Assembly (NCBI GenBank): GCA_040218735.1 | Contig: JAVJQW010000018.1 | Location: 275,455-339,454, forward strand | Length of the DNA: 64,000 nucleotides | Direction of reading: 5' to 3' | Source of the DNA: Deltaproteobacteria bacterium | Lineage (GTDB): Bacteria; Myxococcota; Kuafuiibacteriia; Kuafuiibacteriales; Kuafuiibacteriaceae | Shown here: piece after piece, positions 22,994 to 32,365 of the stretch | Layout: each line of letters starts with the position of its first letter | Position numbering within the stretch: the stretch's first letter is position 1 | The notes under the pieces: generated by a model | What the model was told of the DNA's origin: nothing | Databases searched by the model: none | Seen by the model: only the letters and a program-made list of their open reading frames with translations | Translations under genes and position numbers: made by a program

Positions 22994-23651
22994 CGTGGAG
23001 TTCCTCGTCTTTCGAGAGCGTGAGTGCAGTGACGGTCCCCGCGCCGACCGCGACCGCCCCGATGGCGATCCACAGCCAGGGGCTGCTCAGGATCGAGCCG
23101 TCCTCGTCCTCGCTTGCTCCGGGGGGCGTTGCAGGCTCGGCGAGCGCCGTGAGGGGCGGCGGGGGCGGAGGCGGAGGCGGTGCCGTCAAGCGCATCGCGT
23201 TGGGAGGCGGTGGCTCGGGGGCAGCGGGGCAGGTCCAGGTCGGTGCGTCGAACGCGCCGGGGTAGCGGTCTTCGATCTGCGCCTCGGTGACGTTGCGCGC
23301 CGCGAGGGTCTTGGCGCAGGCGAAGAGCCGCTCGACGTCGTCGTCGTGCTGCGCCTTGGTGAGCGCGATCGTCGGCGCGAAGTAGAGCGCGCGAAGGAAC
23401 GCGCGGACGGAAGACGTACGCAGGTGCCGCGCGGCGAACACGATGCCGCGCTGTCTGTGGATCTGCGCGAGGGTGTCGGGATCCGAGGTGGCGATCTGCG
23501 CACGGTCGAGCAGCTCGGAGGCCTCCTCGAACCGTCCTTGCCCGAACGCCGCGACCCCGCGCCCGAACAGCGCGCGCGCGTCGTCCGCGTCGGCGATCTG
23601 CGGGACGCTGATCGCGACGACGAGCGCGAGCGCAGCGAAGAGGCGGTTCAC
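22953..23651 (-). CDS. Exported TPR protein with Pro-rich linker and C-terminal hydrophobic anchor
   Basis: Signal peptide; ARALFGRGVAAFGQGRFEEA TPR; SPWLWIAIGAVAVGAG anchor typical of myxobacterial TPR/PEGA proteins. Confidence 0.75.
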   Translation of the reverse strand: MNRLFAALALVVAISVPQIADADDARALFGRGVAAFGQGRFEEASELLDRAQIATSDPDTLAQIHRQRGIVFAARHLRTSSVRAFLRALYFAPTIALTKAQHDDDVERLFACAKTLAARNVTEAQIEDRYPGAFDAPTWTCPAAPEPPPPNAMRLTAPPPPPPPPPLTALAEPATPPGASEDEDGSILSSPWLWIAIGAVAVGAGTVTALTLSKDEELHGGTTDITLRVPNR

Positions 23652-25489
23652 GGCGCCTCCAGATCGACGACCGCGTAGACCTCGGTCGTCTCGCGGGCCG
23701 TGATCTCGACGCGCTGGTCATACGCGGGGTGTGCCTCGGACTCGAGGTGGATCGCGTAGTCGCCGCGCGGCAGCTCGACCGTCATCGGCGTCATGCCCTC
23801 CTGCCGCTCGCCGGAGATCCACACCCGCGCGAGCACGGGCTCCCCCGCGGTGGTCCAGGCCTCGATCGTGAGCCGCCCGGTGGCGCGCCGCGGCGTCCGC
23901 GCACGCGACCCGGTCGGGGTCCCGGTCCCGGTCCCGGTCCGGGTCCCGGTCCCGACGTCGGCGTGCGCGTCGGAGCGATGCCCCCTCCCGGTCCGAGTCC
24001 CGGTTCCGGTCCGGGTCCCGACGTCGGCGTGGGTCCCAGACCCGGAATCGGCTTCGGGCACGGACTCGGATTCGGTCACGGACTCGGATTCGGTCACGGA
24101 CTCGGAACCGGCCACGGACTCGGATTCGGTCACGGACTCGGAACCGCCCACGGACTCGGAACCGGCCACGGACTCGGAACCGGCCGCGGACTCGGAACCG
24201 GCTACGGACTCGGAACCGGCCGCGGACTCGGAACCGGCCACGGACTCGGAGCCGGCCACCGACTCCGAACCTGCCTCGCCCTCGGCTCCCCGCGCCGACT
24301 CCCCCACGGACGCACCCCCTCGCGCGGCCCGCGCCACCTCCCCCCGCTCCGGCACCGGCGGCACCACCTGCGCCTCCAGCACCAAGCGCCCCGCCGCGCC
24401 CTCCGAAGCCACGGCCACCGCCGGCGCGGGCAGCGCGATCACCTCGGGCGCGTTCACGAAGGCGTAGGTCTTCTGCACGATCACGAGCCCCACGAGCAGC
24501 GCAACGCCGAGCACGCCGCCCACGGCCCAGCCCTTCGCGCGCGCGCCGCCGAGGGCCGGTACGCTGAAGGCGGAGCTGGGCGAGCGTAGGTTCCACGGCG
24601 TCGGCGTCCCGAGCCGCGTCAGCGACGCGGCCATCTCCACGCTCGTGTCCGAGAGCCACGCGTCGAGGGTGTCCATCACCTGCTGTGCGGTCGGCCGCGC
24701 GGTCGGCTCGAAGGCGAGGCACTGCTCGACGAGCGGGCGGATGAGGCCGCCGCCGGCGGTCGCGTCGAGGGCGTCGAGGGGCGGGCAGGTGCCTCTGACC
24801 TTCGCGTGCATGACGCGCGCGGCGTCGTCCCCGAACAAACGTCGGCCGGTGAACAGCTCGTAGAGGATCGCGCCGAACGCGTAGAGGTCGGCTCGGCCAT
24901 CGACGTCCTGCGCCGCGACCTGTTCGGGCGCCATGTACGCCGGCGTCCCGACGACGCGACCGCCCTCGGTCGTGGGGCGCCCCGGGCCGCGGACCTTCGC
25001 GATGCCGAAGTCCGCGAGCTTGGCGACGGGGCCGGCGCCGAAGCGCGGCGTCATCTCGACGAGGATGTTGTCGGGTTTGAGATCGCGGTGGACGACGCCC
25101 GCCGCGTGTACGGCGCACAGCGCGCTCGCGATCTGACGCGCGATGGTCAGCGCCTGCACCACGGAGAGGTGGCGCGCGACGAGGTGCAGCGGTTGCGCAC
25201 CGAGATACTCCATGACGTACGCGAGGCGTCGCGGGTGCTCCGAGTAGTGGAACTCGAAGACGTCGACGATGTTCGGGTGTTGGATCGCGTTCACGATCTG
25301 CGCTTCCTGGATGAAGCGCGACGCGATCGTCTGGTCCGCGATCAGCTCGTCGAGGAGGAACTTCACGGCCGCCTTGCGACCGAGGACGGCGTGGTGCGCG
25401 AGGAACACCGTCCCCATCGCGCCGCGCCCGAGCTCGCGCTCGAGGACGTAGTGTCCGATTCGGTCACCGGGTTGGGGCGTTGCGTTCAC
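23648..25489 (-). CDS. Membrane Ser/Thr protein kinase (Hanks type) with repeat linker and C-terminal PEGA-like domain
   Basis: LGRGAMGTV, AAVK, HRDLKPDN, DFGIAK, GTPAYMAPE, DLYAFG; TM helix; GMTPMTVELPRGDY PEGA-like; GTG at 25489. Confidence 0.93.
   Translation of the reverse strand: MNATPQPGDRIGHYVLERELGRGAMGTVFLAHHAVLGRKAAVKFLLDELIADQTIASRFIQEAQIVNAIQHPNIVDVFEFHYSEHPRRLAYVMEYLGAQPLHLVARHLSVVQALTIARQIASALCAVHAAGVVHRDLKPDNILVEMTPRFGAGPVAKLADFGIAKVRGPGRPTTEGGRVVGTPAYMAPEQVAAQDVDGRADLYAFGAILYELFTGRRLFGDDAARVMHAKVRGTCPPLDALDATAGGGLIRPLVEQCLAFEPTARPTAQQVMDTLDAWLSDTSVEMAASLTRLGTPTPWNLRSPSSAFSVPALGGARAKGWAVGGVLGVALLVGLVIVQKTYAFVNAPEVIALPAPAVAVASEGAAGRLVLEAQVVPPVPERGEVARAARGGASVGESARGAEGEAGSESVAGSESVAGSESAAGSESVAGSESAAGSESVAGSESVGGSESVTESESVAGSESVTESESVTESESVPEADSGSGTHADVGTRTGTGTRTGRGHRSDAHADVGTGTRTGTGTGTPTGSRARTPRRATGRLTIEAWTTAGEPVLARVWISGERQEGMTPMTVELPRGDYAIHLESEAHPAYDQRVEITARETTEVYAVVDLEAP
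24056..24271 (-). repeat. 18-bp tandem repeat, 12 copies, encoding (G/E)SES(V/A)(A/G/T/P)
   Basis: + strand unit ACGGACTCGGAACCGGCC and variants; followed in the protein by GT/RT repeats (approx. 23908-24036). Confidence 0.93.
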
Positions 25490-25722
25490 GACGCGCCCGT
25501 CTGAAGCACGCCCCGCGCCAACCCGACGCACGACGAGCGTGCGGCATCACGCGTGGCAGGTTGCCGCACCTGGGACGGTCCTGCGGCCCATCACACTCTC
25601 GCGCGGGCGCACGCGGCATCCCGACACGGACGTGTCGCAGCGCCGCAGCTCGTCCCATCGCCGCCGCGCCGAACGCGCTGGCCCGCCGCCTGCACTCCGT
25701 CGCCGCGAAAGGAGATCCCAAC

Positions 25723-26175
25723 ATGAACAACATCCTCATCAAGAGCCTCTTCGCCGGTGCCTTCGTCGCCGCCTTTGGTTTCGGCTGCCAGGAGTCCGCT
25801 ACGCAGCGTGGTCTGGAGCAGGACCTCGAGCGCGTCGAGCGCAAGGCCGACCGCGTCGGTGATTCGATCGAGCGCGAGGCGGAGGCGATGAAGCGCGAAG
25901 TGCGCGCCGAGACCGACGAAGCGCAAGCTAGCTTGCAGCGACGAATGACGGAGCTCGACGCGAAGTGGGATCGCATCGAGGCGCGTGCGCGCGCCGAGAA
26001 GTACGAGGCGAAGACCGAGTACCGTGAGCTGAAGCAGGACATCGATCGTCGCTTCGACTCGATCGAAGCGGACATCGATCGTGCGGACGACCGCGCCCGT
26101 GGTGAGCTCGCGCAGGCGATCGATGCGCTCCAGGCCAAGCTCGACGAGGTCGAAGACGATCTGGATGACGCGTGA
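25723..26175 (+). CDS. Highly charged alpha-helical lipoprotein (LEA/apolipoprotein-like)
   Basis: RBS AAGGAG; lipobox-like FGFGC; E/D/R/K-rich coiled coil. Confidence 0.75.
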   Translation: MNNILIKSLFAGAFVAAFGFGCQESATQRGLEQDLERVERKADRVGDSIEREAEAMKREVRAETDEAQASLQRRMTELDAKWDRIEARARAEKYEAKTEYRELKQDIDRRFDSIEADIDRADDRARGELAQAIDALQAKLDEVEDDLDDA

Positions 26176-26307
26176 TCGAACGTTCGGACCAGCCTGACAC
26201 CCGCGGGGCAAGGTTCCACGCCAGGACCGCGCGCCGCGCGCTCGTCTCCCTCGAGGACGTTCGCGCCGTTTGCCTGCCCTGACGCGTTGTACTAAGACGC
26301 GAAGCTG

Positions 26308-26826
26308 ATGGCGGAGGACCGGCGTACCGTTCTCAAGGTGTTGACCGGAGTCCTGGGCGGTGGGGCCGCGGCGATCGTCGCCGGCCCCGCCGTTCGCGCG
26401 ATCGTCGCACCGGTGACTTTGGATCCCGTGCGCGGCGTCGGGGACTTCGTTCGGCTCGCGAACCTGGAGCAGGTGCCCGAAGACGGCACGCCGCTCAACG
26501 TCGCGGTCGTCATCGAACAACCGGAGGACGCCTGGAACAAACTCCCCCCGACGCAGGTCGGCGCGGTGTTCCTCGTCCGTGACGGCACGAACGTCACCGC
26601 GTTCTCGACGATCTGCCCGCACCTCGGCTGCGGCATCGACTACGTCCCCGACCAGAGCACGTTTGCCTGTCCCTGCCACGAGAGCAGCTTCGCCAAGGAC
26701 GGCGCCGTCGCCGCCGGGCCTTCGCCGCGCGGGATGGACACCCTCGAGACCCGCGTCGTCGACGGCGCGATCGAGGTGAAGTTCGAGAAGTTCAAGATCG
26801 GGACCTCCGACAAGGTGCCCGCGTGA
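26308..26826 (+). CDS. Rieske 2Fe-2S protein of a cytochrome bc complex
   Basis: Tat-like RRTVLK; CPHLGC and CPCHES boxes; GPSPRGM. Confidence 0.95.
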   Translation: MAEDRRTVLKVLTGVLGGGAAAIVAGPAVRAIVAPVTLDPVRGVGDFVRLANLEQVPEDGTPLNVAVVIEQPEDAWNKLPPTQVGAVFLVRDGTNVTAFSTICPHLGCGIDYVPDQSTFACPCHESSFAKDGAVAAGPSPRGMDTLETRVVDGAIEVKFEKFKIGTSDKVPA

Positions 26827-28595
26827 GCGCGTGGACGCGTTTCCTCACCGGGCTCGATGAGCGCATCGGGTTCCGGAAGCTCCTGAAGGAGGGCCTCGAC
26901 GAACCGGTCCCCGGCGGCGCGTCGTGGGCGTACGTGTTCGGCAGCGCGACGCTCGTCGTGTTCGGCGTGCAGCTCCTGACCGGCCTCGTGCTCGCCGTCT
27001 ACTACAGCCCGTCGGCGACGGACGCGTGGGCCTCGGTCGCGTACCTGGAGCGTGCGATCACGTTCGGCGCGTTCGTGCGCGGGATCCATCACCACGCCGC
27101 GGGCGTGATGGTCGTGCTCGTCGTCTTCCACATGCTGCAGGTCGCGCTGTACGGCGCGTACAAGAAGCCGCGCGAGGCGAACTGGCTCAGCGGGCTCGCG
27201 CTGTTCGGGTTGGTGCTGGCGTTTGCGCTCACGGGGTACCTGCTCCCCTGGGACCAGACCGGGTACTGGGCGACGAAGGTCGCGACGAGCATCGCGGGGA
27301 CGGTGCCCGTCGTCGGCGAATCCATTCAAAGGATCGCGCAGGGCGGCAACGACTACGGCAACCTCACGCTCACGAGGTTCTACGCGCTGCACGTGATCGT
27401 ATTGCCGCTGACCACGTGTGCGATCCTCGGCGCGCACATCGCGCTGTTCCGCAAACACGGCATCACCTACAGCCCGACCCTGAGCGCCGACGCCGCGAAG
27501 AAGAGGACGGAGCACTTTTGGCCGAAGCAGGTCTTCTACGACGCGGTGTTCTGCTTCCTCGTCGTGGTCGTGGTCGTCGCGATGGGGGCGCGCCTCGGTG
27601 CGCCGCTTCAGGCGCCGGCGGATCCTTCGTCGAACTTCATCGCACGGCCGGAGTGGTACTTCCTCTTCCTCTTCCAGCTCCTCAAGTACTTCGAGGGGCC
27701 GCTGCAGGTCGTGGGGACGGTCATCATCCCGGGGGCGGTGGCCACCTTCCTCGTGGTGTTGCCGTTCTTGGATCGCGGTGAGGATCGACGCTTCACGAAG
27801 CGGCTCCCGTTCCTCGCCGCGTTCGGCGCCGGGCTGGGGGTCGTGGTGCTCCTGACGCTGCTCGCCAAACGCCACGACGCCAACGACCCGACCATCGCCG
27901 CGCAGCAGAAGACCTCGGCCCGCGAGGCGGCCCGCGCGCGGGAGCTGGCGGCGTCCGGCGTCCCGACGCAGGGCGCGACCTACATGATGCAGACCGATCC
28001 CCTCGTCCGCGGGGAGCGGGTGTTCCGAAGGGAGTGTCTGTCGTGCCACGTGCTCGAAGGGGAGGGGCCCGGCGAGCCGAAGGGCCCGGACCTCACCGCG
28101 TACGCGAGCAAGGCTTGGATTCGCCAGGTCCTCCGCGACCCGGACAGCCCTCGGCTCTACGGTCGCACCAAGGTGGAGGGTATGGAGTCCTATGCGAAGC
28201 TGTCGGATGCCGAGATTTCGACACTCGTCGACTTCGTGTACGCCCAGCGCGATCCGGAGGCGCCGGCGCCGGACGAGCGCCCCGGCAGCGAGCTCGTCGA
28301 CGCCAACGACTGCGGCAACTGCCACGATTTCGAGGATGCGTACGGGCTGGAGGGGCCCGCGCTCTTCCGATACGGCACCCTGACGTGGATGTCGCAGGTC
28401 ATCGACGACGCCGGAGCGGACCACCTGTTCGGCGAGATGAACGACATGCCGGCCTTCGAAGAGAAGCTCTCGAAGCCGGATCGTGAAGCGCTCGCGGCGT
28501 TTCTGATGAGCCTGCCCGAGCGCGCGCCGAAGGACGCGTGGCCCTACGTGGACGACCCCGGGCCCGTCCCGAGCCCTCGCAGCGTGACAAAATGA
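26823..28595 (+). CDS. Cytochrome b (b6 + subunit IV) fused to two c-type cytochrome domains
   Basis: RGIHHHAA, FHMLQV, TGYLLPWDQ, RFYALH, PEWY; C-terminal CLSCH and CGNCH. Confidence 0.93.
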   Translation: MSAWTRFLTGLDERIGFRKLLKEGLDEPVPGGASWAYVFGSATLVVFGVQLLTGLVLAVYYSPSATDAWASVAYLERAITFGAFVRGIHHHAAGVMVVLVVFHMLQVALYGAYKKPREANWLSGLALFGLVLAFALTGYLLPWDQTGYWATKVATSIAGTVPVVGESIQRIAQGGNDYGNLTLTRFYALHVIVLPLTTCAILGAHIALFRKHGITYSPTLSADAAKKRTEHFWPKQVFYDAVFCFLVVVVVVAMGARLGAPLQAPADPSSNFIARPEWYFLFLFQLLKYFEGPLQVVGTVIIPGAVATFLVVLPFLDRGEDRRFTKRLPFLAAFGAGLGVVVLLTLLAKRHDANDPTIAAQQKTSAREAARARELAASGVPTQGATYMMQTDPLVRGERVFRRECLSCHVLEGEGPGEPKGPDLTAYASKAWIRQVLRDPDSPRLYGRTKVEGMESYAKLSDAEISTLVDFVYAQRDPEAPAPDERPGSELVDANDCGNCHDFEDAYGLEGPALFRYGTLTWMSQVIDDAGADHLFGEMNDMPAFEEKLSKPDREALAAFLMSLPERAPKDAWPYVDDPGPVPSPRSVTK

Positions 28596-28682
28596 CCGGG
28601 GTGTCGTGGTTCGGGACACCCGCCGTCAATTTTCCGACTCCCTGACCCGGGTGATCCAGAATGATCCGTTGCGCCGACGGCT

Positions 28683-28698
28683 TGGCACACGGAGTGCT
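28683..28698 (+). promoter_or_regulatory. Putative sigma-54 (-24/-12) promoter upstream of the HD-GYP response regulator
   Basis: TGGCAC-ACGGA-GTGCT with exact GG-N10-GC spacing in an intergenic region. Confidence 0.6.
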
Positions 28699-28816
28699 TA
28701 AGTTTCGGGCACGATGTTCGACTCCTGGCCCTGCTGAACCGACCACCGTCTTTCCCCCTCGGGCGATGCGCGTACCGCGCGGATGCCCTGGATTCTCGAT
28801 ATGACAATTCGCTAGA

Positions 28817-29992
28817 GTGCTCGTGGTGCCCCCGAGTACGCTGGACTCGTCCGCTTCCCCCGTGGATGCGCCGCGATCTCATCCGGACCCACAGGCCGAA
28901 CGGCCGACGGGCCCGGTCGAGAAACGCCTCCTGGTCGTCGATGACGACGAGAGCGTGCGGCGCGTCGTCGCGGCCATCCTCATCGACGAAGGCTACGAGA
29001 CCGTCACCGCGAGCAACGCGAACAGCGCGCTCGAGATCCTGACCCGCGACGAATTTGCGCTCGTCATCACGGACATGAAGATGCCCGACCGCGACGGCCT
29101 CTGGCTGCTCGAGCAGGTCCGGAGCGGACACGCGGACACCGGCATCATCATCATGACCGGCTACGGCCAGGTCGACACCGCCGTGCAGGCGTTGCGCTTC
29201 GGCGCGGCCGACTACCTGACGAAGCCCGTGCGCGTGAACCAGCTGTGCGCGAGTGTGCTGCGCGCGCTCGATCGCCGTCGGCTGGAGATGGAGAACCGCG
29301 CGTACCAGCAGGGCCTCGAAGGCGCGGTGCGCGAGAAGACGCAGCAGCTCGAAGCGGCGTACTCGCAGATCAACGCGACCTACACCCTCACCCTCGAAGC
29401 CCTCGTCACGGCGCTCGATGCGCGCGAGTGCGAGACCGGCAACCACAGCCAACGCGTCGTGCGCACGACGCTCGCGATCGCGGAACGGATGGGGCTCCCG
29501 GAGTCACTCCGCGAGCACATCGGGCGCGGGGCGCTCTTGCACGACATCGGCAAGATCGGTGTGCCGGACCACGTCCTCCTCAAGCCCGGGCGGCTGACGG
29601 AGGAGGAGTGGGTCGAGATGAAGAAACACCCGGAGATCGGCGCGCGCATCCTCAGCGGCATCGCGTTCCTGGAGCCGGCCGCGGAGATCGTGTTGTCGCA
29701 CCAGGAGCGATGGGACGGCGGCGGTTATCCGCGTGGTCTACAGCGCGAGGAGATCCCGATCGGCGCCCGTATCTTCGCGGTGGCAGACGCCCTCGACGCC
29801 ATCACGTCCGACCGTCCGTACCGTCGCGGCCGCAGCCTCGAACACGCGCGCGAGGAGATCGCACGCTACGCGGGGACGCAGTTCGACCCGATCGTGGTCG
29901 AGCACTTCCTCGCGATCACCGACGAAGAGTGGCGCCAGCTCCACGGGCAGCAGCCGCTCTACTCGGCGCGCCCGACGTCCAACATCCGGTGA
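28817..29992 (+). CDS. Response regulator with HD-GYP cyclic-dinucleotide phosphodiesterase domain (RpfG-like)
   Basis: REC (LVVDDD, ITDMKMP, YLTKP); HSQRV, HDIGKIG, HPEIG, HQERWDGGGYP, VADALDA, RPY; start approximate. Confidence 0.93.
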   Translation: MLVVPPSTLDSSASPVDAPRSHPDPQAERPTGPVEKRLLVVDDDESVRRVVAAILIDEGYETVTASNANSALEILTRDEFALVITDMKMPDRDGLWLLEQVRSGHADTGIIIMTGYGQVDTAVQALRFGAADYLTKPVRVNQLCASVLRALDRRRLEMENRAYQQGLEGAVREKTQQLEAAYSQINATYTLTLEALVTALDARECETGNHSQRVVRTTLAIAERMGLPESLREHIGRGALLHDIGKIGVPDHVLLKPGRLTEEEWVEMKKHPEIGARILSGIAFLEPAAEIVLSHQERWDGGGYPRGLQREEIPIGARIFAVADALDAITSDRPYRRGRSLEHAREEIARYAGTQFDPIVVEHFLAITDEEWRQLHGQQPLYSARPTSNIR

Positions 29993-30714
29993 CGCTCGAA
30001 CATCGCGTGTGTCCACGCGACCGTCGGATGATCCGCGAACCGCGCGAGCCACTGCTCGACGGGCGCCGGTCGATCGTCGGGGAGCGGCACCTGCGCCGCC
30101 TTCGGAAACGAGACTGGGATCAACAGTGACGCCGCCGTGAGGTCCGCGATCGTGAACCGATCGCCGACGAGGTAGTCACGCCCGGCGAGGTGCTGTTCGA
30201 CGAAGTCGAGCGCCTCGACCGTCGCCTGCGTCGACGCGGCGATGCGGTCCGGCTTCAGCGCGTACACCATCGTGATCACGCGGCCCGTCGCGAAGAAGGT
30301 CTTCTCGTAGAACGACCGCTGACGCCCCTGCGCCGAGCCGACCATGCACCGGCGCGCGAAGTCGCGATCCTCGAAGAGCGGCCCGAACATCGCGCGCCGC
30401 GCGTGGTGGCCGACGGCCTCGAACCTCTCCTCGAGCGCGAGGGCTTCGCGGCGGAGGGCGTCGTTCGCCGGGTACAGCGCGGGCCCCGAGCCGATGCGCT
30501 CCGCGTACGCCGCGATTCGATCCGATCCGAAGACGTAACCCTCGTCCGGCGTCTCGAGGACGGGCACCGACTGCTGCCCGGTGAGGCGCTTCACGCGCGG
30601 GACGTGGAACCCGGGGAGGAGCGTGTCCTTCTCGTAGGCGATGCGTTTGTAGTCGAGGGTCCAGCGCGCCTTCTCGCAGAAGTGCGACATCTCGAACTGC
30701 AGGAGCTTCAGCAC
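29959..30714 (-). CDS. Glutathione S-transferase family protein
   Basis: SHFCEKARWTLD, SVPVL, GSDRIAAY, YLVGDRFTIADL. Confidence 0.9.
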   Translation of the reverse strand: MLKLLQFEMSHFCEKARWTLDYKRIAYEKDTLLPGFHVPRVKRLTGQQSVPVLETPDEGYVFGSDRIAAYAERIGSGPALYPANDALRREALALEERFEAVGHHARRAMFGPLFEDRDFARRCMVGSAQGRQRSFYEKTFFATGRVITMVYALKPDRIAASTQATVEALDFVEQHLAGRDYLVGDRFTIADLTAASLLIPVSFPKAAQVPLPDDRPAPVEQWLARFADHPTVAWTHAMFERHRMLDVGRAE

Positions 30715-30718
30715 CGCG

Positions 30719-32365
30719 TCACCCCGCGAGCTTGGACTTCATGCCGTCGGCGATGCGGAACGCGTTGGCGAGGATCGTCATCGTCGACGGCACCGCGCCG
30801 CTGCTCGGGAGCGAGCCGCCGTCGGTGACGTAGACGTTGTCGACCTCGTGGAGGTGTCCCGCGGGCGTCGTCACGCTGGTGTTCGGGTCGCTGCCCATGC
30901 GGCAGGTGCCGTGTTGCAGCACGTACGTCACGCCGCCGACGTCGAGCGTCCGGATGTTCGTCGCGCCGAGCTTCTCGAGGAGCACCCGCGCGCGCCCGAC
31001 GAGGAGCGCGCTCGCGGCGCGGTCGGAGGGGTGTCGATTCAGCGTGATGCGCGCAGCGGGGAGTCCCCAGCGATCCGTCGCGTTGTCGTCGAGGGTGACG
31101 CGGCAACCGTCGGTGGGGAGCCACTCCGAGAAACACTCGACCTCCAGCGTGCGCCGTTCGGTGAAGTGCGCGTGCAGCTTCTTCATCAGCGCCTCGCCGT
31201 AGACGAGTCCGTTCTTGTCGCGGATGAGGCGCTCGGCGGCGTGGATCGGGTTGTCGTGCTCGAAGAGCAGGTGGAACGTGCCGCCCTTGCCGAACACGTC
31301 CCCCGACGGATCGACCTCGTAGAAGTCTTGGACGGCGCGACCGATGAACGGCATCCCGTTCTTCAGCTCCGCCTTCGCGGTGTCGTCGAGGCCGTCGTAG
31401 GCGATGTCGCCGGTGAGCTGCCCGAGCGTGGAGAAACACAGGTTGCGGCCGACCTGGTCTGCGTTGTTCCCGACGCCGCGCGGGTGCGCCGACGATCCCG
31501 AGAGCAACAGCAGGCGCGCCGACTCGATCGCCGAGCAGGCGACGACGACGATCTTCGCCTCGACCTCGTGGCGCGCGCCGGTTTCGTCCTCGAACACCAC
31601 GCCCTTCGCGCGACCGTCCTTCTTCATGACGATCTCGCGCACCATCGACTTCGGGAGCACCCGCGCGCCGGCCTTCTCCGCGCCGGGGATCAGCGAGGCG
31701 AGAGTGGAGCTCTTCGCGCCGACCTCGCAGCCGTAGGAGCCGCAGAGCCCGTGGTAGACACACGCGCCGCGGTCGCCTTCGGGCCGCGTGATGATCGCGC
31801 GCGGGACGTGGAACGGGTGAAGGCCGAGCGCGTCGCCGGCTTCGTCGATCCACCGGGAGATCGGGTGGGTGAGCACCGGGTCGTAGGGGAACGGTCCGGA
31901 GCGCGGGGGCTCGAACGGGTTCTTCGAGACGTCTCCGCTGACGCCGACGACCTTCTCGACCTTGTCATAGTACGGCGCGAGGGTGTCGTAGCCGAACGGC
32001 CAGTCGATCGCTGTCGATCCATTCAGTGGACCGTAGTGCTTCGACAGCGCGAAGTCCTTCTCGTGGAAGCGGAAGAAGAACCCGCTCATGTGCACGGTGC
32101 CGCCGCCGACACACTGCGAGATCCACCCCGCGTTGGTGCGGTTCGGTTTGGCGTCCGGCGATGCGAGCACCACGTGGGGGTCGTCGTCCGGCCACGGGAG
32201 GAAGAAGTTGCGACGGCACGTGCTGATCTCGTCGTGCACGAAGTCCTTCTTCTCGTGGCGCGGCCCCTTCTCGAGCACGATCACCGAGGCGCCGGCTTTG
32301 GCGAGCTCGTAGGCGATCGGCCCGCCGCCGGCGCCCGATCCGACGACGACGACGTCGCACTTCAT
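30719..32365 (-). CDS. GMC family flavoprotein oxidoreductase (gluconate/2-keto-gluconate dehydrogenase-like large subunit)
   Basis: GSGAGG FAD motif, VGGGTVH, Cys cluster CVYHGLCGSYGC, QHGTCRMG, NVYVTDGG. Confidence 0.92.
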   Translation of the reverse strand: MKCDVVVVGSGAGGGPIAYELAKAGASVIVLEKGPRHEKKDFVHDEISTCRRNFFLPWPDDDPHVVLASPDAKPNRTNAGWISQCVGGGTVHMSGFFFRFHEKDFALSKHYGPLNGSTAIDWPFGYDTLAPYYDKVEKVVGVSGDVSKNPFEPPRSGPFPYDPVLTHPISRWIDEAGDALGLHPFHVPRAIITRPEGDRGACVYHGLCGSYGCEVGAKSSTLASLIPGAEKAGARVLPKSMVREIVMKKDGRAKGVVFEDETGARHEVEAKIVVVACSAIESARLLLLSGSSAHPRGVGNNADQVGRNLCFSTLGQLTGDIAYDGLDDTAKAELKNGMPFIGRAVQDFYEVDPSGDVFGKGGTFHLLFEHDNPIHAAERLIRDKNGLVYGEALMKKLHAHFTERRTLEVECFSEWLPTDGCRVTLDDNATDRWGLPAARITLNRHPSDRAASALLVGRARVLLEKLGATNIRTLDVGGVTYVLQHGTCRMGSDPNTSVTTPAGHLHEVDNVYVTDGGSLPSSGAVPSTMTILANAFRIADGMKSKLAG

